DNA of 64,000 nucleotides from assembly GCA_937922705.1 (NCBI GenBank), contig CALAIW010000003.1, forward strand, positions 57,408 through 121,407, written 5' to 3'. Origin of the DNA: an uncultured bacterium (GTDB lineage Bacteria > Atribacterota > Atribacteria > Atribacterales > Caldatribacteriaceae). Of this stretch, positions 55,535 to 63,385 are shown piece by piece. Both the position numbers and the translations under genes were made by a program. Below the pieces are notes generated by a model that was not told where the DNA came from, ran no database searches, and was given only the letters and a program-made list of their open reading frames with translations. The stretch's first letter is position 1; each line of letters begins with the position of its first letter.

Positions 55535-56574
55535 GGCTTTAAAACCACCTTTAGCGCTCTGCCCTGAAGAAGTACCTCAATGCCCTCCGCAAAGCGCTCA
55601 AGAGGCAAAACATGGGTAATGTACTCCTTAGCATGGATTTTCCCTTGAGCAAACATCTGAAGAGCAATCTGGTGATGCTTGGGAGAGAATGTCGTTGCTC
55701 CAATAACGTGAAGCCCCCGATAATGGATGAGATTACTGTCAAAAAGAACTTGGCTTTGGTCCTTGGGGAGCCCCCCAAAAAGAAGCACCCGACCACCTTT
55801 TGCCGCCATAGCCAGGGCGTCTTTCTGAGCCTCTCCCGAGGGACAGGCAACGACAATAACAGAGGCTCCAAGTCCATCGGTAAGTTCTCTCACCTCGTTA
55901 ATGTACTCTTTCGACTTCGAGGCGTTCTGAATGAGATGGTCGGGAGCAAATCTCTGAGCGAGCTCAAGTCTTGACTCAAGAACATCCATAAGGATGATTT
56001 TTCTCGCTCCCCGGGCCCGGGCAATCTCTACATGAAAGCAGCCAATGGGTCCTGCCCCGATAATAACCACTGTATCTTCAAGGGATGTACCGGCAATTTC
56101 ATGAGCATTAACGCAGGACGAAGCCGGTTCTGAAATGGCCGCTTCTTCAAAAGAAAGACCATCAGGAATGCGATGAATGCTTCCAAAAGCTAAAGCTTCC
56201 TCAGGAATGGCCATGTACTCGGCAAACCCCCCTGGCCACGCCTGAGCAAGTTCTCGCTGGTTTATACAAAGGTAGTAAATGCCTCTCTTGCAGTACCAGC
56301 ACTTCCCGCAGTATACCGGAGGAGCCACCGCAACACGGTCTCCCACCTGGAAATCCCTTACCTCTTTTCCCACCTCAACTACAACACCAGCCACTTCATG
56401 CCCAATAATCCAGGGAGGAGTAACCCGAGGGTGACCATTCTGAAACGTTCGAAGGTCTGAGCCACAGATACCACAGGCTTCAACTTCAACAATCATGCCC
56501 CGCTCGGGGCATAGAGGATCTGGAACGTTCTGAATTTCCATCTTCCCTGGTTCCAGAAAGACTAGTGCCTTCAA
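55531..56574 (-). CDS. Zn-dependent polyol dehydrogenase (sorbitol-dehydrogenase-like MDR)
   Basis: CGICGSDLRT, GHEVAGVVVEVG, CGKCWYCKRG, GAGPIG. Confidence 0.85.
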   Translation of the reverse strand: MKALVFLEPGKMEIQNVPDPLCPERGMIVEVEACGICGSDLRTFQNGHPRVTPPWIIGHEVAGVVVEVGKEVRDFQVGDRVAVAPPVYCGKCWYCKRGIYYLCINQRELAQAWPGGFAEYMAIPEEALAFGSIHRIPDGLSFEEAAISEPASSCVNAHEIAGTSLEDTVVIIGAGPIGCFHVEIARARGARKIILMDVLESRLELAQRFAPDHLIQNASKSKEYINEVRELTDGLGASVIVVACPSGEAQKDALAMAAKGGRVLLFGGLPKDQSQVLFDSNLIHYRGLHVIGATTFSPKHHQIALQMFAQGKIHAKEYITHVLPLERFAEGIEVLLQGRALKVVLKP

Positions 56575-56580
56575 TACCCT

Positions 56581-57531
56581 TTACCCCTTTCTCCTGAGAA
56601 CTTCCTGAGCAGTGTCTTCATCGGTTATGAGAATCTTAACGAACTCTCCTCGAAGGGCTCCAAGAATAGCCTCTACTTTGTGTCGCCCTCCCGCAAGACC
56701 AATGACGCTTGGCATCTGTCGAAGCTCCTCAAGGGAAACGGCGATAGTTCGCCGATGGAGTTCAAGATCAAGAATGTGTCCCTCGACATCGAAGAACTGT
56801 CCAAGAATGTCTCCCACCCCACCTTTTCTTCGAATAAGCTCCATATCCTGACGGTCGATGAACCCTGCCTGGATGTAAGTAGAACGCTCCGCATCGGCAA
56901 CACCTATACCTAAAAGCGAACATTCTGCTTGCTTTGCCATCTCAAAGGTTTTTCGGTTTACGCGTTCCGACAGGTAAAGGTCTCGAACTTCAGGGTTTTC
57001 AGCTACTTCCGGTGCATGGATGTAGTAACACTGACCGTTGAAGGTAAGAGAAAGGCGTTCACCAATGTTAAAAGGATTCATAAAAGCTCCAAGGGTAAGA
57101 CCACCGGCAAGACTGACAAAACGAATATCCTTAACTCCATCGACTGGGAAGAGGTTTTCCGCAAAGGCTCTCAAAGTTTTTCCCCAGCTGAAACCCACAA
57201 GACGCCACTTCTTCACGTTCTGAGCAAAGTACATAGCCCCACCGACACCAATATTCCTAATTGTTTCCTCGTCGTTTTTCCCCGTAGGCACTACAACGGC
57301 GTCTTGGAGCCCAAAAGTTTCCTTCAGCTTTTTCTCCAAGGAGAAGAGATTAGCCTCGGGAGCTTTAATGAAAAATTTTACGATACCCTGCTTTCGTGCC
57401 CGATCAAGCAGGCGCGTAACTTTTGGACGAGAAAGCCGAAGCATATCGGCGATATCACTCTGATTATACCCCTCAATATAGTGGAGCCAGGCCACTCGAA
57501 TCACAAGATCGTTATCAGGTGTTGGACGCAT
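56581..57531 (-). CDS. SorC/DeoR-type sugar-binding transcriptional regulator
   Basis: YNQSDIADMLRLSRPKVTRLLDRARKQGIV HTH plus a SorC sugar-binding domain. Start set at ATG 57531 (AAGGAGG 7 nt upstream). Confidence 0.85.
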   Translation of the reverse strand: MRPTPDNDLVIRVAWLHYIEGYNQSDIADMLRLSRPKVTRLLDRARKQGIVKFFIKAPEANLFSLEKKLKETFGLQDAVVVPTGKNDEETIRNIGVGGAMYFAQNVKKWRLVGFSWGKTLRAFAENLFPVDGVKDIRFVSLAGGLTLGAFMNPFNIGERLSLTFNGQCYYIHAPEVAENPEVRDLYLSERVNRKTFEMAKQAECSLLGIGVADAERSTYIQAGFIDRQDMELIRRKGGVGDILGQFFDVEGHILDLELHRRTIAVSLEELRQMPSVIGLAGGRHKVEAILGALRGEFVKILITDEDTAQEVLRRKG

Positions 57532-57557
57532 ATACAACCTCCTTGAACTCCAAGAGA

Positions 57558-57586
57558 ATTCTACCAAATAAACCCTAAAATTTCAA
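57558..57586 (-). promoter_or_regulatory. Promoter of the SorC-headed 14-gene operon
   Basis: On the minus strand: TTGAAA (57586-57581), 17 nt, TAGAAT (57563-57558) with an extended TG (TGGTAGAATT). Confidence 0.65.
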
Positions 57587-57602
57587 CAGGCGAAATTTAT
57601 TT

Positions 57603-58904
57603 CTAATATCGAATACCGACAAAGAGTATATCACTATGAAAAGGAGGTAGGAAGAGAGTCGTTGAGTCTTTGGCAAAACGCAGCAAGGGACTAAAGAACC
57701 GTTTTGCTTCAAGGTTTACTCCAAGAACATCGTACTCTCGAAGGTCAAAGGACACAGTCACCGTTTGAGCCAGGGGTGCATAAAGCGCAAAGCGTTTTTG
57801 ATCTAGAGTTATTCCGAGACGAATCTCCTCAGGTACTCCGACCAGGAGTTCGTTTGCTGGTTCAAGACCAAAAAGCTTAAAACGCTCAAAAATGAACTTT
57901 GCAAAACTTGCCTCCCAGGCACCATCAAAAGAAAGAGCCACCCTCCATTCAAAGGGCTCTCCTGAAAATTCCACTCCCTTAAACTCAGCTTCCTCCCGAT
58001 GCCAGCACCAGATGCCATGGGCCCCATAGCTTACTCCAGCACTCGCCCCAGAGAGTAAACTCTGCCATATTGCTTTCCGAACGTCGAAAACCCGGAAGCG
58101 GCCCTCTTTTGTAAACCCGTATGGATGCCCCTCGTAACAGGGTTCACCATTCACAATAGGACGCTTGACACTATACTCCAGGCAGCGCTTCGCAAGGACA
58201 TAGGGGAGGTTTTGCTCCGATTTCATATGTCCTGACTGGTACATATAGAAGTCAAGGTGCGGAGAAGTGACAATCTCCTCTGGCAGTACTGCATAAGGCT
58301 GAAGGTGAAGAGTAGTGAGGGACGAGGGAAGAAGGCCCTTTGCAATCTCCAGGACCTTCAGATAATATTCCACGGTTTTTGAAGAACCAAAGTCGGTATC
58401 CCCACTGATGACAAAGACCGGATTGAAACGAGCAAAGCGGGGTACGACAAACTGCAGGTACTTTTCAACAGTTTTAAGGGGCATAACCGGGCTTATACCA
58501 CGCTTTGCAGCCCAGGTATCAGGAACAAAATTACACCAAAGGAGCACCAGAGCGGGAATAAACCCGAAGTTAGTGGCTGCCTCAAGGAGTTCCTCAGCAA
58601 AGGCAAAGTATTCTTCATCCAGCTCAAAAGAAGAGTAATTCCCCTGAGCATCCCTCCTAAAAGGGAAACGAAGGTACGGAGTACTTGCGTCCCACTGGTG
58701 AAGAACATTAATCTGCAACACATTGAACCCCTGGAAACGCCGGTACTTTAGGTACTCGTGCCACTCGTCTTTTGTGACATTGGTAAAGGCACTCCATACC
58801 GTGTCGGCAAGCCAGAAAAAGGGTTTCCCATCCTTAAGAAAGAAATTCTTCGAAGGAGCAATGGTAAGAGAAGACAAGTGTTTCACCTCCGAGCTCAAAA
58901 TCAC
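57603..58904 (-). CDS. DUF4038-type glycoside hydrolase-like protein (GH140-like)
   Basis: N-terminal FFLKDGKPFFWLADTVWSAF...GFNVLQINVL is the DUF4038 signature as I recall it. No signal peptide is evident. Confidence 0.6.
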   Translation of the reverse strand: MILSSEVKHLSSLTIAPSKNFFLKDGKPFFWLADTVWSAFTNVTKDEWHEYLKYRRFQGFNVLQINVLHQWDASTPYLRFPFRRDAQGNYSSFELDEEYFAFAEELLEAATNFGFIPALVLLWCNFVPDTWAAKRGISPVMPLKTVEKYLQFVVPRFARFNPVFVISGDTDFGSSKTVEYYLKVLEIAKGLLPSSLTTLHLQPYAVLPEEIVTSPHLDFYMYQSGHMKSEQNLPYVLAKRCLEYSVKRPIVNGEPCYEGHPYGFTKEGRFRVFDVRKAIWQSLLSGASAGVSYGAHGIWCWHREEAEFKGVEFSGEPFEWRVALSFDGAWEASFAKFIFERFKLFGLEPANELLVGVPEEIRLGITLDQKRFALYAPLAQTVTVSFDLREYDVLGVNLEAKRFFSPLLRFAKDSTTLFLPPFHSDILFVGIRY

Positions 58905-59926
58905 AAGGTAAACGCCCTTAAAGAGGGAACTACAGAAGACCAGCTTTGCAAAAACATGTCATAGAAGTTGAATTCCTGAGAACTACTGTCTTCAAATCCA
59001 CCATGGGCCATCAACCATTCGAGGCACCGTTTTGCCCCTTCTTGGAAAGAAGTTCTAGAACAAAAGGCCAGGTCCTTTTTCGCCCGTTCCACCGAGAAAA
59101 CATTAGAATACTGAAAGTTTTCCACACACCAGTGGGCCTTTGGACCGAAAACGAGCCCAAGAACCGAAGCAGGAATAGACACAAAGTAGGGAGAAGGTGC
59201 ATCAAGGAGTTCAGCAACAGTTTCATAGAGTCCACGCCAGGTCATGATCTCTTCGCTGGCAAGATTGTACGTCTTCCCATAGGTCTTCTCGTTGAGAACT
59301 GCCGAAACAATGGCTTCGGCCACATCTGCAGCGTAGCAGGAACTCCACAGAGTATTACCATCTCCATGGAGAATGACCGGTTTCCCTTTCCTGAGACGGT
59401 CCAGGTGATATGTTCCCCAGCCAAAGACCTCAAGAAGTGGTGTTACCCCCTCCCCATAGGTATGGGCAGGGCGAAAAATAGTAAGAGTCAGAGCTTTCTC
59501 AACGTGTGCAGCAGAAAAGATTTCTTCGCACTGGAACTTTTTGAGAGCGTAGGGGAAAGAGGGTCTGGGCTTTCTTTCGGCATTCTCATCCACAGGGTAG
59601 GTCCTGGCGGGCTTGGTGTACACATCGACAGTACTTACGAAGATATACTGATTGACCTTTCCTTTAAAAAATTCTACCGCCTTCGAAGCGTCACCAGGTT
59701 CAAAGCAGGCAAGGTCAATCACACAGTCATATCCCTGTGCAGCAAGATTTCCAAGAGATGAGGGATCACTCCTATCCCCCCTTATGAACCTGGCCTCGAG
59801 ATCAAGGTTGATGCCCCTTTTTGTCACACCACGGGAAAAGACAGTAACACAGTACTTCCTCTCAAGAAGTGCCCGAACCACAAAAGACCCAATGATTCCC
59901 GTACCACCGATGACAAGGACTTTCAT
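58901..59926 (-). CDS. NAD-dependent epimerase/dehydratase (extended SDR)
   Basis: VLVIGGTGIIGSFV and YALKK (YxxxK). 341 aa. Confidence 0.8.
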   Translation of the reverse strand: MKVLVIGGTGIIGSFVVRALLERKYCVTVFSRGVTKRGINLDLEARFIRGDRSDPSSLGNLAAQGYDCVIDLACFEPGDASKAVEFFKGKVNQYIFVSTVDVYTKPARTYPVDENAERKPRPSFPYALKKFQCEEIFSAAHVEKALTLTIFRPAHTYGEGVTPLLEVFGWGTYHLDRLRKGKPVILHGDGNTLWSSCYAADVAEAIVSAVLNEKTYGKTYNLASEEIMTWRGLYETVAELLDAPSPYFVSIPASVLGLVFGPKAHWCVENFQYSNVFSVERAKKDLAFCSRTSFQEGAKRCLEWLMAHGGFEDSSSQEFNFYDMFLQSWSSVVPSLRAFTL

Positions 59927-60870
59927 GCAACAACCAGGTTACTGGCAAACTTGTTGAGCTTCTGGAAGAAATCGTTGAAAATTTCCCCTGCCTGGACTTC
60001 TACGCATACTTCGATGCGCCGATTTTTCGATTCGTGGCGGTACGAAAGGTCAGGATTCAGCCGAGGGGCAGGAAGCTGGATGTAGTATCCCCATTCTGGA
60101 TTAATCAGAGTACCGATAGCCGGAGAATCACCGTACACCCACCAGGTTCGGGGACCTGGGGTCTCAATCCTCCAGGTCTTGAAGAGGGAAACAAGGTAAT
60201 CTCCTACCGCCCCTCTCCCAAGGACAAAGCGCTCCATTTCAGCCACTCCTACCCGCATCATCCGGTACGTTGAACGGGGATACTGGATAAAGGGGAGGTT
60301 GGAGGCAAAGACGACATCAGCCCCCATCCAGTCGTTGAAAGCGTTGAACTCTGGACCTCCTGTAGGCCACCAGCCACCCCCAATCCAGAGGACTACAACT
60401 TTTTCGGCGATCTCTGGAGCCATAAGGTACGCAGAGGCTATATCGGTGAGTGGACCAAGAAAGGGGATATAGAGTGGCTCAGGGGAGGACTTTGCACGTT
60501 CAATGATGAACTCGGCACCCTCGGATTTCTGAGGAGTATCAACCTTTTCCAGGGCAAGAGGTGCTCCCCTGAGAACCGGGACTTTTCCCTCCATTCCCAG
60601 GAGTTTCAGGAGGTGTTGAATCTCCTGGTAGCTTCTTTCCATACTATCCTCGTGGGTATGGATTCCATAGTGGGCGGCAATAATGCCCTCAACTTTAAGC
60701 TCTGGGGAAAGAAGGGCATGAACAATAGCCATCTGGTCATCAATCTCATTGTGAGCATCGGTGTTGAGGATAACCCGGCGAGGGTTTTCAGGAGTGGGTT
60801 TCTCTCCAAGGAATAAGCTTCTCCTTAGGGAGACATCTTTTTCGATCAGTTCTCTCAAACTTTTTCCCAT
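59923..60870 (-). CDS. Inosine-uridine-preferring nucleoside hydrolase (IUNH) fold protein with an atypical N-terminal metal motif
   Basis: ILNTDAHNEIDDQMAIVHAL aligns to the family DxDxxxDDxxA fingerprint, but with Asn for the first Asp and a 2-residue insertion. Start set at ATG 60870. Confidence 0.65.
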   Translation of the reverse strand: MGKSLRELIEKDVSLRRSLFLGEKPTPENPRRVILNTDAHNEIDDQMAIVHALLSPELKVEGIIAAHYGIHTHEDSMERSYQEIQHLLKLLGMEGKVPVLRGAPLALEKVDTPQKSEGAEFIIERAKSSPEPLYIPFLGPLTDIASAYLMAPEIAEKVVVLWIGGGWWPTGGPEFNAFNDWMGADVVFASNLPFIQYPRSTYRMMRVGVAEMERFVLGRGAVGDYLVSLFKTWRIETPGPRTWWVYGDSPAIGTLINPEWGYYIQLPAPRLNPDLSYRHESKNRRIEVCVEVQAGEIFNDFFQKLNKFASNLVVA

Positions 60871-60917
60871 AAAAAACACCTCTCCTTCTTTAACAACTCA
60901 CAAAGTGCAGAATAGGA

Positions 60918-60949
60918 GCCTGAGAATGGGCAAAAGCCCATTCTCAGGC
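60918..60949 (-). terminator. Stem-loop after the binding-protein gene
   Basis: GCCTGAGAATGGGC-AAAA-GCCCATTCTCAGGC: 14-bp perfect stem, weak U-tract (TCCTATTCT) on the mRNA strand. Confidence 0.55.
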
Positions 60950-60977
60950 TAAGGTCGCATTGATTTCAGCTTTCCCC

Positions 60978-62435
60978 TTAGAGCTTAAACTTAAAGCCCA
61001 GCTTTTCTAATGTCCCCTCGACATATGCTTGCCATATTTCTACAAGTTTCTTTCTCCCTAACCTCTCAGTTATCCTCTCCCATGCTTCTTCAGCCTTGCT
61101 TAAAGCCGTTTTTTCGTCAAACTCCCCAAGTAGGTAAGAAGTAACTATCTTGCCAAATTCCATGTAATATTCTTCGTTTCCAGGTATCATCAAGTCAGGA
61201 ACTCCGTGAGCTAAAGCCCCTAGATAGGCGTCGATAAACTCCTGCTCAATCGGAATTGTCCATTTACTTGCGTCTCTGGCAGAATAAGCGTAAACATCTG
61301 CACAACTTACCCAGTCACTGAGAGAGATCATTTTTCTCTCCGGACGAAGGAGTTCCCTCAAGACAGCGTAGGCCGCATCAGGATATTTTGTCGACCTTGG
61401 AATCGCCATTATTCTCCCATAGGACAGAGTATTGTACTGTACCAGTGCCCCTTCATGCTCCACCCCCGGCCAGAGTGCGTATCCTACCTTGCCCTTCCAG
61501 TGCAAGCCACAACCTTCTCCGCGCTCATCGCAAAGAAGGTATTTGCCAACATCACCCCAGTCCAAGGCCATCGCAACTTTACCCTGCCAGAAGGCTTGCC
61601 ACGTCGCAACTATAGTCATTCCTATAAAGCCTTCAGGAGCATACTTTGTACAAACTTCTTTGAAGAGTTGTAAGGCCTTTATCCCAAATTCGTTGTTGAT
61701 TTGAGGGCGTAATTCCTTGTCAAAGGGATACAGACCGTTGCTGTAGCTTGCAAAGACTGGTGCCCAATACATGTAAACGTGTTGGGGGAAGTCAATCCCA
61801 CTGAAAGAGGCACCGTACTCGACTTCACCATCGTTGTCCCAATCCCATCCGGTAAAGAACTCTGCAACATCCCGGAACTGATCCCAGGTCTGAGGAGGAA
61901 TAGGAAGGTCATAGCCGTATCTCTCCTTAAACCGGGCCTGATAATCTGGGTTTTCAAAGATGTCTTTTCTGTAGTAAAGAATTTGTGCATCTCCATCAAC
62001 AACTATTCCATAAATCTCCCCACCCCACTCGCAGTAGATCTTTCTGTAAGTCTCAACTATGTCCTCGTAGTCCTTCATCGCTTCAGGATCTTTTTTAAGA
62101 TACTCTGTAATAGGAAGAAAGTATCCTCCTCCCATGAAATCTCCATTCCACCGGGGAATTGAGGTCACGATGTCGTAAGCACCCTCTCCTGTCATCCAGT
62201 CCTTCATCAACAACTGGTAGTGGTTCGGGTCGGGCTCGTTTATAATTTCGAAATCGACACCAAGCACTTCCTTGAGATAGTCAACGTGGTATGTCAACAA
62301 AGGAGCCTCTCCGCCTGCACCAATAAGCGCAGTTAACTTGACACCCTCGAAAGGTTTCTGCCCATAAGACGTACTCCCGAGGAGGCAGAAAGCCACCACT
62401 ATCCCAATCCAAATTCCTCTAATTCTCCTTCTCAT
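60978..62435 (-). CDS. Extracellular solute-binding protein, sugar ABC transporter (CUT1)
   Basis: 485 aa, signal peptide ...LLGSTSYG/QK. Start set at ATG 62435 (GGAGGGAGGGAG upstream). Confidence 0.8.
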   Translation of the reverse strand: MRRRIRGIWIGIVVAFCLLGSTSYGQKPFEGVKLTALIGAGGEAPLLTYHVDYLKEVLGVDFEIINEPDPNHYQLLMKDWMTGEGAYDIVTSIPRWNGDFMGGGYFLPITEYLKKDPEAMKDYEDIVETYRKIYCEWGGEIYGIVVDGDAQILYYRKDIFENPDYQARFKERYGYDLPIPPQTWDQFRDVAEFFTGWDWDNDGEVEYGASFSGIDFPQHVYMYWAPVFASYSNGLYPFDKELRPQINNEFGIKALQLFKEVCTKYAPEGFIGMTIVATWQAFWQGKVAMALDWGDVGKYLLCDERGEGCGLHWKGKVGYALWPGVEHEGALVQYNTLSYGRIMAIPRSTKYPDAAYAVLRELLRPERKMISLSDWVSCADVYAYSARDASKWTIPIEQEFIDAYLGALAHGVPDLMIPGNEEYYMEFGKIVTSYLLGEFDEKTALSKAEEAWERITERLGRKKLVEIWQAYVEGTLEKLGFKFKL

Positions 62436-62535
62436 TCTCAAACTCCCTCCCTCCGAACTTCATTATTTTGAAACCTTAAAATGCCCGTTGAACTCTGAAG
62501 TATCTCCAGAACTAATTCCCTAATCGCTCGTACAC

Positions 62536-62546
62536 CACCTCCTTTA
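62536..62546 (-). promoter_or_regulatory. Second orphan perfect Shine-Dalgarno element
   Basis: The identical 11-mer TAAAGGAGGTG (mRNA sense) lies 5 nt after the permease stop. The only ORF behind it is GTG TAC GAG CGA TTA GGG AAT TAG. The real SBP start is about 100 nt downstream. Confidence 0.5.
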
Positions 62547-62551
62547 AGAAC

Positions 62552-63385
62552 TTACTTAATAGCACCAAAAGTAAGCCCTCTCACTAAGTACCGATGGAAA
62601 ATAGTTGCAAAGACAATACCAGGAATAACGCTTAGAAAACTGGCCGTAGCAATTTGAGGGTAGGATAGAGTATTACCCCACCTAAGCTTGGGTACAACCA
62701 CGGCTAACGTATCCCACTTAGGACCTGAAAGAAGAAAGGCAAATAAGTACTCATTCCAACAAGCTACAAAAGTGAACACAAACACCACTGCAACAGCGGG
62801 AATCATCAATGGGAAGATGATTCGCCAAATTACTTGCGAAATCGAAGCTCCATCTACTACTGCTGCCTCGTCTAACTCTTCAGGGATCTCTTGAAGAAAA
62901 CCCGTGAGAATCCACACAGCAAAGGGGATATTCCCCAAAAGGTAAGCAAGCACCAAACCCGCATGCGTTGCATAAAGTCCTAATGCTTTGAAGACAAGAT
63001 AAAGAGGGACTATAAAAGCCACGGGAGGCAAAAACTGATTGGAGAGTATCCAAAAGGATAGACGTGAACCTCCAGTCTTAAACCTTACAATGCTGTATGC
63101 TGCCAGCAAACCAACCCCAATACAAATTAACGCATTCATGCTAGAAACGATAAGACTGTTTTTCATCCCGCCTAATATTAGCTGGATGCCAGCTGCAAGC
63201 TGCTCCGGAGCATGCTTGAAATTCTCCAGGGTGACCCTCGGGGGCCAGAAATAAGGAGGATACCGAAGAGCATCCCCCTCTCTCATAAAGGAAGTACGAA
63301 CTAACCAGTATAGTGGACCATAAACCCAAAATAAAGCCAGAATCACCACAAACCATGGAATAACGGCGATAACACTCTTTTTCAA
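62552..63385 (-). CDS. Carbohydrate ABC transporter permease (MalG-like)
   Basis: EAA loop ELDEAAVVDGASISQVIWRIIFP. Confidence 0.85.
   Translation of the reverse strand: MKKSVIAVIPWFVVILALFWVYGPLYWLVRTSFMREGDALRYPPYFWPPRVTLENFKHAPEQLAAGIQLILGGMKNSLIVSSMNALICIGVGLLAAYSIVRFKTGGSRLSFWILSNQFLPPVAFIVPLYLVFKALGLYATHAGLVLAYLLGNIPFAVWILTGFLQEIPEELDEAAVVDGASISQVIWRIIFPLMIPAVAVVFVFTFVACWNEYLFAFLLSGPKWDTLAVVVPKLRWGNTLSYPQIATASFLSVIPGIVFATIFHRYLVRGLTFGAIK

Noticed and set aside
739-60870. Possibility that the scattered ParB-like, THEP1 NTPase, MBL hydrolase, HD/HD-GYP, ARH and IUNH genes form an anti-phage defence island
   Set aside because: The genes are dispersed and each is embedded in a housekeeping or sugar-metabolic operon. 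There are no adjacent nuclease/helicase/methylase/TIR/Sir2-type partners and no mobile-element flanks. The context favours metabolic or regulatory roles.
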